64,000 nt of DNA from an uncultured Gemmatimonadaceae bacterium (GTDB lineage Bacteria; Gemmatimonadota; Gemmatimonadetes; Gemmatimonadales; Gemmatimonadaceae). The notes under the pieces are model-generated. The model made no database searches. It saw only the letters and a program-made list of their open reading frames with translations, and was not told the DNA's origin. Shown here piece by piece: positions 44,861-54,815 of this stretch; position 1 is the stretch's first letter, and every line of letters starts with the position of its first letter. The position numbers and the translations under genes are program-made. The stretch lies in the NCBI GenBank assembly GCA_963822945.1, contig CAWGJO010000021.1:288001-352000 (forward strand), in the 5' to 3' direction.

Positions 44861-46717
44861 GTGCCCGAGCCGACGCAAAACCCCGTGGCCGAGCAGTACA
44901 CTGCCCGAGACCGGCGCTTCAGTGCCGAAGCCGAATCTCTGGGCAAGCGCTCCCGCTTGATCTCCAACCTGAGGGGCGTGTCCTTCGGGGTTCTGGTGAT
45001 CGCCGGTCTGTTCGCTATGTTCGGAAGCACGCGTGTGGTGCCCGGCGTGCTGTCGCTAGTCGGCGGCGTGGCGTTCTTGGTGCTCGTCATCGTCCACGCG
45101 CGCGTGATCGAGCGGGAGGACGAGAAGCGACGTTACGCTCGAGTGAATCGCGACGCCCTGGCCCGCTGCACGGGGCGCTTTCGCGAGCTGCCCGAGAATG
45201 GCGCCCGCTTCGCCGACGCGGCGCATCCCTATGCGGATGACCTGGACGTGTTCGGCCCAGGCTCGCTGTTTCAGCGGGTCTGCGTGGCTCACACACGCTT
45301 CGGCCAGGCTGCTCTCGCTCGCCACTTCGCCGAGCCGGCAACCTTGAAGGACGTACAGGAGCGGCAAGAAGCGGTGCGCGCCCTCGCTCCGGAGCTCGAG
45401 ACTCGGCAGCGCTTTGAAGCTCACGCCTTGGCGGCGGTAGACGCTCCGGTCTCCGAGAACAAGCGAGCGCTCCGAGCTGCGCCGGACCCGGAGCCCCTGT
45501 TGGCCTGGGCCGAGGGGGAGCCCGGGCTTTCCGCGAGCCCGGCCGTGGTGTGGGCGGCCCGGCTCTTGCCCCCGATTACCCTCGCCGGCTTCGTCGCCTC
45601 CCTGGGCTTCGGGCTGCCCTCGTTGTGCTGGGCAATCCCGCTGACCCTCCAGATCTTGGTGAACCTGCGCACGCGGGCCGAGACTTGGCGGGTCTTCTCC
45701 GCCGTGTCGTCCACGGAGGGTGCCTTCCTGCGCTACGGAGCGATGCTCGAGATCCTGGAGAACCTGCAGCTGCCGTCCAAGCTGCTGGGCGACATGCGGG
45801 AGCGCGTGAGCGCCGGAGGCCACAAGCCCAGTGAGTCGATGAACGAGTTTCGCCGAGGCGTCGGCTGGTTCGATTTGAGACACAACGGCTTGGTCCACCC
45901 CTTCGCCAACGCGCTGCTGCTCTGGGACGTGCACTGCTCGCTCAAATTGGAAGCGTGGCGGCGCCGCTCCGGGCGCAACGTACGAAGCTGGTTCTCGTGC
46001 CTGGGTGAGCTGGAGGCGCTTTCCAGCCTGGCGGGTCTGGCCCACGACGAGCCTCAGTTCGCGTTCCCCGAGGTCGTGGAAGACCAGGCCATCTTCGAGG
46101 CAACGGAGCTCGGCCACCCCCTGATCGACTCCAGCCATCGGGTCCCCAACGACGTCTCCCTGCCCCACGCCGGCACCGCCATGTTGGTCACCGGCTCCAA
46201 CATGTCCGGCAAGAGCACGCTGCTTCGAGCCATGGGGCTCGCCGCCGTGATGGCCATGGCCGGCGCGCCCGTGTGCGCAAAACGCCTACGTGTCTCGCGC
46301 TTCGCTGTCCGCACCAGCATTCGCGTCAGCGACTCGCTGGAGCGCGGCGTCAGCCACTTCTACGCCGAGCTGCGCAAGCTCAAGGCGGTGATGGACGCCA
46401 CTGCTGGGGACCTACCGGTGTTCTTCCTGTTGGACGAAATTCTGCACGGTACCAACTCGCGAGAACGCCAGATCGGTGCTCGCTGGGTGCTCGGGGAGCT
46501 CCTGGAGCAGGGCGCCACCGGAGCCGTCTCCACCCACGACATGGAGCTCTGCCGCCTCCCCGAAGCGCTGATGGAGCGCGTGCGCCAAGTCCACTTCCGC
46601 GAGAGCGTGGAAAACGACAAGATGACGTTCGACTACCGGCTCCGACCCGGCTCCGTCAGCGAAGGCAACGCCCTGAGACTGATGCGAATCGTAGGACTTT
46701 CCGTGCCGCTGGAGTGA
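44861..46717 (+). CDS. Membrane-associated MutS-related ATPase (domain V)
   Basis: TM segments, YADDLDVFG, TGSNMSGKST, SHFYAEL, LDEILHGTNS, STHD. Confidence 0.85.
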   Translation: MPEPTQNPVAEQYTARDRRFSAEAESLGKRSRLISNLRGVSFGVLVIAGLFAMFGSTRVVPGVLSLVGGVAFLVLVIVHARVIEREDEKRRYARVNRDALARCTGRFRELPENGARFADAAHPYADDLDVFGPGSLFQRVCVAHTRFGQAALARHFAEPATLKDVQERQEAVRALAPELETRQRFEAHALAAVDAPVSENKRALRAAPDPEPLLAWAEGEPGLSASPAVVWAARLLPPITLAGFVASLGFGLPSLCWAIPLTLQILVNLRTRAETWRVFSAVSSTEGAFLRYGAMLEILENLQLPSKLLGDMRERVSAGGHKPSESMNEFRRGVGWFDLRHNGLVHPFANALLLWDVHCSLKLEAWRRRSGRNVRSWFSCLGELEALSSLAGLAHDEPQFAFPEVVEDQAIFEATELGHPLIDSSHRVPNDVSLPHAGTAMLVTGSNMSGKSTLLRAMGLAAVMAMAGAPVCAKRLRVSRFAVRTSIRVSDSLERGVSHFYAELRKLKAVMDATAGDLPVFFLLDEILHGTNSRERQIGARWVLGELLEQGATGAVSTHDMELCRLPEALMERVRQVHFRESVENDKMTFDYRLRPGSVSEGNALRLMRIVGLSVPLE

Positions 46718-46720
46718 AGC

Positions 46721-47242
46721 TCAGTCGGGCACGGGCAGGTCGAAGCGAACGACCACCCGATCCCGGAGCTTGATGGCGCCCAGGAGTGCCTTGAATGGCT
46801 TGATGCCCCAGCGGGATGGCACGAGCTCGACCTCGCCCTGGAGGCGCCCGTCTCGGGCTCGAGCCTCGAAAGCGACGGGATGCACCTGACCCACCATCCG
46901 GAGCGCGCCCTCCAGGTGATGCCCGGTCTCCCGCTCGCGCCCCTCACCCTCGAACGTCACTTCCGGATGCTCGTCCACTCGAAGGATCTTGCTGCGAATG
47001 TTGCCGGTGATCTCGCTCTTGTCGCGTTCGCCCAGAGTTCCTGGCTGGAGCTGCCCGTCCCGCATCGCGTCGACCACCACCAGACTGGCTGGGTAAAACC
47101 GGGCCGAAACGTGCTGACCGTCCGTTTCGACGTCGAAGCGCTCGACTCGAAGCAGCAGATCGTGGGCTACTTTCGACAGCAGCCCCTCCTTGAAGGTGAG
47201 TACTTCGACGACTCCACCCGACAGTGGTGCTAGGTCAGCCAC
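46721..47242 (-). CDS. YceI family protein
   Basis: TFKEGLLSKVAHDL, L..DEHPEVTF, WGIKPF..LLGAIKLRD. Confidence 0.7.
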   Translation of the reverse strand: MADLAPLSGGVVEVLTFKEGLLSKVAHDLLLRVERFDVETDGQHVSARFYPASLVVVDAMRDGQLQPGTLGERDKSEITGNIRSKILRVDEHPEVTFEGEGRERETGHHLEGALRMVGQVHPVAFEARARDGRLQGEVELVPSRWGIKPFKALLGAIKLRDRVVVRFDLPVPD

Positions 47243-47342
47243 GCGCGGACCCTGACGCGAACGCACCGAGGGGTCCAGTCCGGCCCCTGGGCCCGCTAGC
47301 CGGGAGCGCCAGGTTGTGGCAATCCATGGGAAATGCCCAAGC

Positions 47343-47372
47343 TTGACGACAAAAAGTCCTGGGCGTTAGCCT
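47343..47372 (+). promoter_or_regulatory. Possible sigma70 promoter for the FHA-GGDEF gene
   Basis: TTGACG-N18-TAGCCT about 100 nt upstream of the start. Confidence 0.3.
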
Positions 47373-47474
47373 CCCACGCGGGCGCTTGCGTGGCGAGGTG
47401 CGACGCGGAGGGGCCCCGGAAACCGATCGCAAGCTCATGGTTCTAGGCGTACGGCGTCAAGAGGCAATCCCTCC

Positions 47475-48374
47475 GTGAGCGAGTTCGACGAAAAGACACG
47501 AGTCACACAAGTCGTTCAGCGCCCGCCATCCGACGATGGGGATACGGGCAACGACTGCCTAGTAGTGATCTACACGAAGGAGCCCGGGCTGCTCGGAAAG
47601 CGCTTCGTGTTGGACAAGAACCCGATGGGTATCGGTCGCGGTGCGGACAACGCCATCGTGCTCGAAGGCGACTCTGTTTCGCGCCGGCATTGTCACATCG
47701 AGCGGCGGGGGAACCGTTGGTACGCCGTGGACGACGGTTCCACCAACGGCACGTACCTGAATGAAGAGCAGATTGCGCGGGAGGCGCTGCTCAACAACGG
47801 CGACCGCATCAAAGTCGGTCCCAGCATCTTGAAGTTTTTGACCGGCGCGGACGCGGAAGCCAAGTACCACGAAGAAATCTATCGGATGACGATCGTGGAC
47901 GGCCTCACGCAGATCCACAACAAACGCTACTTGTACGAAGCGCTGGAGCGCGAGGTGATTCGCGCGCGTCGCCACGAACGTCCAGTCAGCCTGATCATCT
48001 TCGACATCGACTTCTTCAAGCGGATCAACGACCAGTACGGGCACCTGGCGGGCGACTACGTATTGCGCGAGCTGGCACGGGTGGTCCAAGGTCGAATCAG
48101 GCGCGACGAAATCTTCGCCCGCTACGGCGGCGAGGAATTCGTCATCGTGCTGCCGGAAACGCCGCTGGAGGGAGCCACCTCGCTGGCAGAAAATCTGCGG
48201 GCCCGGGTGGCCGAGCACAGCTTCGTGTTCCAGGGGGAGCGCATTCCGACGGCCATCAGCATCGGCTGCGCCCTGCTGACGGAAAGCGACAAAACGGCCA
48301 CGGATCTGATTCAGCGGGCCGACGAGAAGCTGTACGAGGCGAAACGCGGCGGCCGGAATCGCGTGTGCTACTGA
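47475..48374 (+). CDS. FHA-GGDEF diguanylate cyclase
   Basis: FHA IGR, SRRH, GSTNGT; DIDFFKRINDQYGH, RRDE I-site, RYGGEEF. Confidence 0.93.
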   Translation: MSEFDEKTRVTQVVQRPPSDDGDTGNDCLVVIYTKEPGLLGKRFVLDKNPMGIGRGADNAIVLEGDSVSRRHCHIERRGNRWYAVDDGSTNGTYLNEEQIAREALLNNGDRIKVGPSILKFLTGADAEAKYHEEIYRMTIVDGLTQIHNKRYLYEALEREVIRARRHERPVSLIIFDIDFFKRINDQYGHLAGDYVLRELARVVQGRIRRDEIFARYGGEEFVIVLPETPLEGATSLAENLRARVAEHSFVFQGERIPTAISIGCALLTESDKTATDLIQRADEKLYEAKRGGRNRVCY

Positions 48375-48389
48375 GCCCGGCCGGCTGGC

Positions 48390-49766
48390 GTGCTAAATGC
48401 GCGCCCCGTGAGCTTCAGTGAGCTACCCCCGCCGCCGGAGGAACATCCGGGTCAGGACGACCCCGCCCTCCGAACGCGTCCCCCGGGTCCCGCTTCCAGG
48501 ACCTGGCTGACCCGCTTGGCGCGCACGGCGGCCCCCATGGGTCCCGCTGCCGAGCGAGGGCCCAAGGGCGGCATCCAAGCGGACGTGCCCCCGTGGACCA
48601 TCGTCTACGCGACGGCCAAGGGCAGCAACGTCCTGGACGTGGACGGCAATCGCTACGTCGACTTGGTGGCCGGCTTCGGCTCGCTGCTCCTGGGGCACGG
48701 GCACCCCCGCGTGCTTCGCGCCCTGGAACTGCAATCGTCGCGCCTCTTGGTGGCGCTCGGCGACGTGTACCCGGCCGACGCGCGCATCGCGCTGTCGGAG
48801 CGATTGGCGGCGCTTCACGTCGACCCGAACGCCAAAGTGATTCTCGGCCAGTCCGGCGCGGACGCCGTGACGGCTGCCCTCAAGACCGCCCAGCTCGCGA
48901 CCGGCCGCCCGGGGGTGATCGCCTTCACCGGCGCCTATCATGGCCTCTCCTATGCGCCGCTCGCCGCTTGCGGCTTTCGCGAGAGCTATCGCGAGCCGTT
49001 CGCCGCGCAGCTCAATCCCCACGTCCATTTCGCGGACTTCCCCCACTCAGCGGAAACGCTGGATGCCACGCTGGAGCGGGTTCGCTCGCATCTGGCCCGG
49101 GCCGACGTGGGCGCCGTGCTGCTCGAGCCGATCCTGGGGCGTGGCGGCTGCGTGCTGCCCCCGGAGGGCTTCGCCGCGGAGCTGGGCCGCCTATGCCAGG
49201 AAGCCGGCGCGCTGTTGATTTCGGACGAGATCTGGACCGGGCTGGGTCGCAGCGGGAAGCTGCTGGCCGCGGGGCGGGACGGCCAGTTCCCGGACATCGT
49301 GTGCCTGGGCAAGGGCCTTGGCGGCGGACTGCCCATCAGCGCCTGCATCGGGCGCGGGGACGTCATGGCCGCTTGGCGCCAAGAGGGTGAAGTGGTGCAC
49401 ACGTCGACCTTCGCGGGCGCACCGCTGCCCTGCGCCACGGCGCTGGCCACCCTCGACGTGCTGTCCAAAGAGCGCTTGCCGGCTCGAGCATCGGAGCTCG
49501 GCGCACGCTGGCTCGGCGCACTCGAAGAGCGGCTGGCCTCGGCCGGCATCGAGGCCCGCGGAAGTGGTTTCATGATCGGCATCGACTTGAAGCGTCCCGG
49601 CGCCGCAGGCCGCTTGATGCACCGTTTGCTTCAGCGCGGCTACCTCACGAGCACCGGGGGCACGCAGCGCAGCATCCTGGTACTGACGCCGCCGCTCAAC
49701 ATCGCCGAAAATCTTCTGGAGGGGTTCACCGAAGCGCTATGTGATGCGCTGGAGACACCCACATGA
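48390..49766 (+). CDS. Class III PLP-dependent aminotransferase
   Basis: DVDGNRYVD, GAYHG, SDEIWTGLGRSG, LGKGLGGG, LTPPL. Confidence 0.9.
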   Translation: MLNARPVSFSELPPPPEEHPGQDDPALRTRPPGPASRTWLTRLARTAAPMGPAAERGPKGGIQADVPPWTIVYATAKGSNVLDVDGNRYVDLVAGFGSLLLGHGHPRVLRALELQSSRLLVALGDVYPADARIALSERLAALHVDPNAKVILGQSGADAVTAALKTAQLATGRPGVIAFTGAYHGLSYAPLAACGFRESYREPFAAQLNPHVHFADFPHSAETLDATLERVRSHLARADVGAVLLEPILGRGGCVLPPEGFAAELGRLCQEAGALLISDEIWTGLGRSGKLLAAGRDGQFPDIVCLGKGLGGGLPISACIGRGDVMAAWRQEGEVVHTSTFAGAPLPCATALATLDVLSKERLPARASELGARWLGALEERLASAGIEARGSGFMIGIDLKRPGAAGRLMHRLLQRGYLTSTGGTQRSILVLTPPLNIAENLLEGFTEALCDALETPT

Positions 49767-50887
49767 GCGGACAACAGCTCGCCGAATCCGACGCCCTACA
49801 CGCTCGCGTCCAGGCGTTCGTGCGTGAGCCGGGAGACCAATTCGACGAGCTGGCTCTGGCCATTGCCCGCCACCAGGCGCGCTACTGCCCCGGCTTTGCG
49901 CGGCTGGTGGAGGCCAAGAGCTCGGTCCTGGACACGGTCGCGTCAATCCCCGCGGTCCCGGCCGACGCGTTCCGCTTCTCGCGGGTGGCTTGCCATCCGG
50001 CGGAGCTGGACGCCGTCCGTTTCCAGACCAGCGGAACCACCGCTTCCGCCCGCGGCACCCACGCCCTTCGGCGCACCGACACCTACCGGAGGATTGCCAT
50101 CGCCGGCGGGCGCCAAGCGCTGGTCACGTCCTGGCCCCAGCGGCGCGTCGTGGTGGCCCTGGCCCCGAACCCGGGCTCGCCGCCCAGCTCTTCCCTGGGT
50201 TTCATGATGCGGGCGTTCATGGAGGAACTGGATGGTCGGGCCCTGGTGTCCGACCCCACCGGAGCAGCGTTCGATCCCGATTCGCCCGCGCGCTGGCTCT
50301 CGAGCGCCCGCGGTATCGACATCCAGGGCCTGAGCCGCGCCGCTCTGATCGCCTTGGAGCGGCAAGAACCGCTCTTGGTGCTGTCCACGGCCTTCGCCCT
50401 GAAGGCGCTGCTTGACGAGCTGGGCGGCAAGAAGCTGCGCACGCCCAAGCAAACCGTGGTGATGCAGACCGGGGGCTTCAAGGGCCGCACCCGTAAGATC
50501 GCGCCCGAGAAGCTCCGCGCCCGCGTGGCGCGCGTTTTCGGCATCCAGAAGGAGCGCGTCGTCGGCGAGTACGGCATGACGGAACTGTCCAGCCAGCTCT
50601 ACGAAGGCACCGTCCCTGGCGCAGAGCTCGCCGGCGAGCCCGACGTGTACCTGCCGCCACCATGGCTACGGGTCAACGCCGTCGACCCGGTCACGCTCCG
50701 CCCGGTGCCCGACGGCGAGACCGGCATCGCCCGCTTCGTGGATCTGGGAAATGTGGATTCGGCCATCGCCGTCGTCACCCAAGATCGCATTCGCCACCGC
50801 GGCCTCGGCATCGAGCTCCTCGGCCGTCGCCCCGGCGCGCCCTTGCGGGGCTGTTCTCTGGCAACGGAAGAGCTGCTCGTCGGTTGA
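49763..50887 (+). CDS. LuxE-family acyl-protein synthetase
   Basis: FQTSGTT, MQTGGFKGR, EYGMTELSSQ, LLGR...RGCSL. Confidence 0.85.
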   Translation: MSGQQLAESDALHARVQAFVREPGDQFDELALAIARHQARYCPGFARLVEAKSSVLDTVASIPAVPADAFRFSRVACHPAELDAVRFQTSGTTASARGTHALRRTDTYRRIAIAGGRQALVTSWPQRRVVVALAPNPGSPPSSSLGFMMRAFMEELDGRALVSDPTGAAFDPDSPARWLSSARGIDIQGLSRAALIALERQEPLLVLSTAFALKALLDELGGKKLRTPKQTVVMQTGGFKGRTRKIAPEKLRARVARVFGIQKERVVGEYGMTELSSQLYEGTVPGAELAGEPDVYLPPPWLRVNAVDPVTLRPVPDGETGIARFVDLGNVDSAIAVVTQDRIRHRGLGIELLGRRPGAPLRGCSLATEELLVG

Positions 50888-50967
50888 TTGCGCCAGCCGG
50901 CGCCGGCCCGCCGTTTCGCACTCAGGTCTCCGTTCTGGATCGCAGTAATCCGAACGAGGTTGTTGGG

Positions 50968-50990
50968 TTTGTTGGTTCGGCGCGGAACCG
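50968..50990 (+). repeat. REP-like repeat, copy 3 (half unit)
   Basis: TTTGTTGGTTCGGCGCGGAACCG. Confidence 0.6.
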
Positions 50991-51413
50991 TTAGGTGCAG
51001 TCCATGTTGCACTCGAGGGTGTCGTCCGAGTCGCACCAACACGTGAGACTGCAACAGTCGGCACCGAAGCAGTCCTCGTAACAGACGTTGACGCCGCCGC
51101 ACGCAACCCCGGGGGCGCACAGCCCGACGTTACCGCTGCCGCTGCCGCGCCCGCTGCCGCCCCCGCCGGCGCTGCTGCGCCCGCCAGCGCTGCCGCCCCC
51201 GCCAGCGCTGGCGCCCCCGCTGCCGGCACCCGCGGCGCCCCCGCCCGCACCCGCACCCGCGCCCGCAGCGCCCGCACCTGCGCCCGCGGTGCCCGCACCC
51301 CCGCTACCCGCAGCCCCGCCGAAGCCGTCGTCCGTCTCCCCGGCGGATCCACACGCCGCCGTCAGCCCAAGGCAGAACACCGCAGCCAAGCCCCAACCGG
51401 GTCTCCCGCTCAT
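50991..51413 (-). CDS. Small Gly-rich/Cys-rich lipoprotein
   Basis: LTAAC lipobox, G/A linker, 10-Cys C-terminal domain; GGAGG SD. Confidence 0.7.
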   Translation of the reverse strand: MSGRPGWGLAAVFCLGLTAACGSAGETDDGFGGAAGSGGAGTAGAGAGAAGAGAGAGGGAAGAGSGGASAGGGGSAGGRSSAGGGGSGRGSGSGNVGLCAPGVACGGVNVCYEDCFGADCCSLTCWCDSDDTLECNMDCT

Positions 51414-51472
51414 CGATACCTCCGAATAAGAAAGCTAAGGAAGCGCCTTTACGGCGTGCGCTTCCCTTCTTC

Positions 51473-51487
51473 GCAAGTGACGTGCCA
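51473..51487 (-). promoter_or_regulatory. sigma54 -24/-12 promoter
   Basis: Minus strand TGGCAC-GTCAC-TTGC, matching the core consensus, 60 nt upstream of the lipoprotein start. Confidence 0.7.
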
Positions 51488-51624
51488 CGCGCGGATCTGC
51501 CGGAGACCATCACCCCCGCGGGGGCGCTCCTCTGATCGCGCTGTCGCGGTACTGGAGTCGCGCAACCACAGTCGACGCGGACCACGGGTCAGCCATCAAA
51601 AGAGCCGACCGAGTACGCGCTGGC

Positions 51625-52572
51625 TCAGGCACGGCCGTATTCGAAATCCGCCATCACATCGCTGTCGCGAATCACGCACTCTCGCGGTGCGATGGAGCTC
51701 AGCGGGATGCGACGACCGTCGGCGACGGCGTCCAACGTCGCCAGCGCCTCCGCCCACAGGGTCTCGGCGAAGCGAGCACGGAAGAAGCCGAAATGCCCCA
51801 CCTGGCGCTGGCCGAGATCGACCGGCGCCATGCGGCGATGCACGACGGGGGCGGAGCTCAGCGCCGCCAGCATCTTCTCGACCGACTGCCTGGGCGCATA
51901 GTCGTCGTCGGTGAAGCTGTAGAACACCGATGGGCGATCGAAGCGTGCGAAGCGCTGCCGAGCGTCGCGAACGTAGCCCATCAGATAGCTCGGATGCAGA
52001 CACCAACGGCGCCACTCGAGGGCCACGCCCGCGGGCAGGTCGCTGCCCAGGCCGAACTTGCCGGGCAGGTAGCCATAGGTGGCGGTGAGCGCGGGCACTG
52101 CCACGTTCCACAGACCGGCCAGGCGCACCCGCGCCGCGAGCGGCCAGTGCCCGTAGTACCCGAGCTGAGCGCCAACCAGGAGCGCGGCGTTCACGTCTCG
52201 GAGCTCGTCACACAAGCCGATGAGCTGGCCGCCGAAGCTGTGGCCGACCATGACCAGCGGCCCCTTTCCCGCCAGCTCGCGAGCCTTGTCGTGGGCGGCC
52301 TTGGCGTCGAAGGCCCAGTCCCGCATGTCGGCATCGAAGCCTCGGAGCTCCGGCGGCCGCGACTCCCCCACGCCCCTGAAGTCGTAGGTCAGCACGCGGT
52401 GCCCACGGTTCTGCAGGTACTGGGAAAACCCCCGGTAGTAGCGTTGCGGCGTGGCCGTAGCCCCGTGCAGCACCACCGTGCTCTTGGCGGCTATTGCCGG
52501 CTCGTACAGGTGGGCGCCGAGGGGATAGCCGTCATCCACGGTGAGCACGATGGTTTTCTCGACAGCGGGCAT
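51625..52572 (-). CDS. Alpha/beta hydrolase
   Basis: YDFRGVGES, GHSFGG, FTDD, GHFGFF. Confidence 0.85.
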   Translation of the reverse strand: MPAVEKTIVLTVDDGYPLGAHLYEPAIAAKSTVVLHGATATPQRYYRGFSQYLQNRGHRVLTYDFRGVGESRPPELRGFDADMRDWAFDAKAAHDKARELAGKGPLVMVGHSFGGQLIGLCDELRDVNAALLVGAQLGYYGHWPLAARVRLAGLWNVAVPALTATYGYLPGKFGLGSDLPAGVALEWRRWCLHPSYLMGYVRDARQRFARFDRPSVFYSFTDDDYAPRQSVEKMLAALSSAPVVHRRMAPVDLGQRQVGHFGFFRARFAETLWAEALATLDAVADGRRIPLSSIAPRECVIRDSDVMADFEYGRA

Positions 52573-52660
52573 GGTCGCCTCCTTCCAATGACACCATTGG
52601 GCAGGAGGCGACCGATCGCCCGCTGCAACACTGCAGGTCGAAACTGCAGATTCGCGGCGC

Positions 52661-53758
52661 CTACTTCGCCGGCGCCGGCGTCGTGTCCGGAGGGGTCGTC
52701 GGCGCGTCGTCGTAGGGCAGCTCGATGCTCGGCCCTGTCCAGGTCGCGTCCTCGCTCATGACTTCGGCTCGCGCGCGCCGACCATTGAAGCCGCCCGGCA
52801 TGGGCATCGCTCGCATGTTGCCGCCGCCGCGTCGCATCGGATTCTGCAGCCGCCCGCCACGGCCGCGCCGCATGGTCGTCGCCAGCTTCTCGCGCTGCTC
52901 CGGCTTCAAGATCGCGGTGATCTGGTTCATCAGCGCGATGCGCGCGTCCATTCGCTCACGCATCTTCTTCGGGTCCGGCCCCATGGAAAGGTCCAGCTTT
53001 TTCGCGTCGAAACCATCCTTCTCAAACGCATCCAAGAGGGCGGTCGTACGCTTTTCGGACTCTGCGCGGGCGTCCGCCTTGTTCTTCTCGGGGATCACTT
53101 CCTTGACCAACAGGGGCTCCAGCTTCTTCTGCTGGGCATCGTCGAGCGACAGGTCTTTCGTCATGCGCTCCAGCTTGTTCTTGGCGCGGGCCTTGGGCTC
53201 GGGCTTCTCCGGCCGGTCCTTCGGCGTGCGCTCCGCGCGGTCGGCCATTCGCTTTCGCACGGCCGCCACCACCGTCTTACGCTGCTCCGGGGTCAGCGCC
53301 GCGTACAGACCGTCGAGGGCCTCCACTTGCTTTTCCATGCGCGCCTTCATCGAGCGGTCCATGGATTCGTACATGGGCGCCAGCTTGTCGGTCTCGATCT
53401 TCCCGGCCCGAACGCCCTCCATCACCGTATTCTGATAGTCACGCATCTCCTTCATCGCGCCAGACGCATCGCCCCTCATCTTCGCCTCGACGGCATCCAA
53501 TTTGGCTTGCTGCTCCCCTTCGAGCTTCAAGTCGTCCGCCGCAGCGAGAAGCATCCCCACGGGACCGCTGCCTCCGCGACGACCACGGGGGCGGCGGGGG
53601 GTGCGCTGCCGTCTCGTGCTCGCATTCGGTGCTGGAGCGGTCTGGGCTGCCTGCGTCGCGCTAGTGGCCTCACCGCTGGGCTTGGGCTGCTCCTCGCAGC
53701 CGAGCAACAGCCCACTCGCAAGAACCAGCGTCAGTGCGCTCGTCGAAAACCTCTTCAT
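52661..53758 (-). CDS. Spy/CpxP-like (LTXXQ) periplasmic lipoprotein
   Basis: LLLGC lipobox; LTPEQR and LKPEQR motifs; helical, Met-rich. Confidence 0.65.
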   Translation of the reverse strand: MKRFSTSALTLVLASGLLLGCEEQPKPSGEATSATQAAQTAPAPNASTRRQRTPRRPRGRRGGSGPVGMLLAAADDLKLEGEQQAKLDAVEAKMRGDASGAMKEMRDYQNTVMEGVRAGKIETDKLAPMYESMDRSMKARMEKQVEALDGLYAALTPEQRKTVVAAVRKRMADRAERTPKDRPEKPEPKARAKNKLERMTKDLSLDDAQQKKLEPLLVKEVIPEKNKADARAESEKRTTALLDAFEKDGFDAKKLDLSMGPDPKKMRERMDARIALMNQITAILKPEQREKLATTMRRGRGGRLQNPMRRGGGNMRAMPMPGGFNGRRARAEVMSEDATWTGPSIELPYDDAPTTPPDTTPAPAK

Positions 53759-53933
53759 CGTCACGACCTCCTCGGAACGCGAAGCCTACACCCCATCCGT
53801 GCGCCTTCGTTAGCGTCCAAGTCGAGCGCGACAACCCCCGAATAGTACACGTGTTGTCGCACCGCTGGCCGCTCCGCGCCGCGAGCGCTAGGCTGCTCGG
53901 GCTCGGATGCTTGGGGGGTTGAACCCCACGCTC

Positions 53934-54815
53934 ATGCTCGACTGGAACGACCTCAGGACCTTTCTCGCCGTCCACCGCTCGGGCAGCCTGGCGCGCGCGG
54001 CCAGCGTGCTCGGGATTAACGCGACCACGGTTGGGCGGCGCCTGGCCGTGCTCGAAGACGAGCTGGGCGCGAAGTTGTTCGACAAGACGCCGGACGGCTA
54101 CTTGATCACGCGAGCGGGGCGCGATCTGCTCCCGCGCGCCGAACGAATGGAGCGAGAGGCGCTCGCTGTGGAGCGTGAGGTCGTCGGAGCCGACCAGCGT
54201 GCGGCCGGGACCGTTCGCGTCAGCGTCACGGAGACCATCGGAACACGGTTCATCGCTCCACACTTGCACCGGTTCGCGAAGGAGTATCCCAACATCACCT
54301 TGGACCTCTCGTGCAACTCGCGCTCCGTGAGCTTGTCGCGACGCGAAGCCGACGTCGCGCTCCGGCTCGCCAGACCTCGCGAAAACGACGTCGTGACTCG
54401 CCGGCTGTCCAGTGTTCACCTGTCGCTATACGCGTCGAAGGGCTACGTCGCTCACCGTGGTCAACCCGCGGATCCGGACCACGACCTATCCGGCCACGAC
54501 GCCATCCTTTTCGCGGACAGTCGGCCGTTTTCTCTGGAAAACGCCTGGTTTTCTCGGCGACTTGGCGGTGCCCGGGTGGTGCTCCGCTGTGACAGCGTGA
54601 GCTCCATATTCAGCGCAACGACCTCGGGCCTGGGCATCTCTCTGCTGCCCCGGAGCATCGCGGAGGCGGAGGCGGAGCTGACCCGCATCGAAACCGAAAC
54701 CGAGCCCGAGCCCCGAATCATCTGGCAAGCCGTGCATCGCGATCTCGCTGCTTCCGCCCGCATCCGCGCCGTTCTCGACTTCCTGGGCAGCATCATCGAC
54801 GGCGGCAGAAGATGA
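53934..54815 (+). CDS. LysR family transcriptional regulator
   Basis: WNDLRTFLAV..GSLARAA...TVGRRL..LE..LG..LF; READVALR. Confidence 0.92.
   Translation: MLDWNDLRTFLAVHRSGSLARAASVLGINATTVGRRLAVLEDELGAKLFDKTPDGYLITRAGRDLLPRAERMEREALAVEREVVGADQRAAGTVRVSVTETIGTRFIAPHLHRFAKEYPNITLDLSCNSRSVSLSRREADVALRLARPRENDVVTRRLSSVHLSLYASKGYVAHRGQPADPDHDLSGHDAILFADSRPFSLENAWFSRRLGGARVVLRCDSVSSIFSATTSGLGISLLPRSIAEAEAELTRIETETEPEPRIIWQAVHRDLAASARIRAVLDFLGSIIDGGRR

Noticed and set aside
44861..46717. Canonical mismatch-repair mutS
   Set aside because: Lacks the mismatch-binding domain and has TM segments; it is a MutS-related paralogue.
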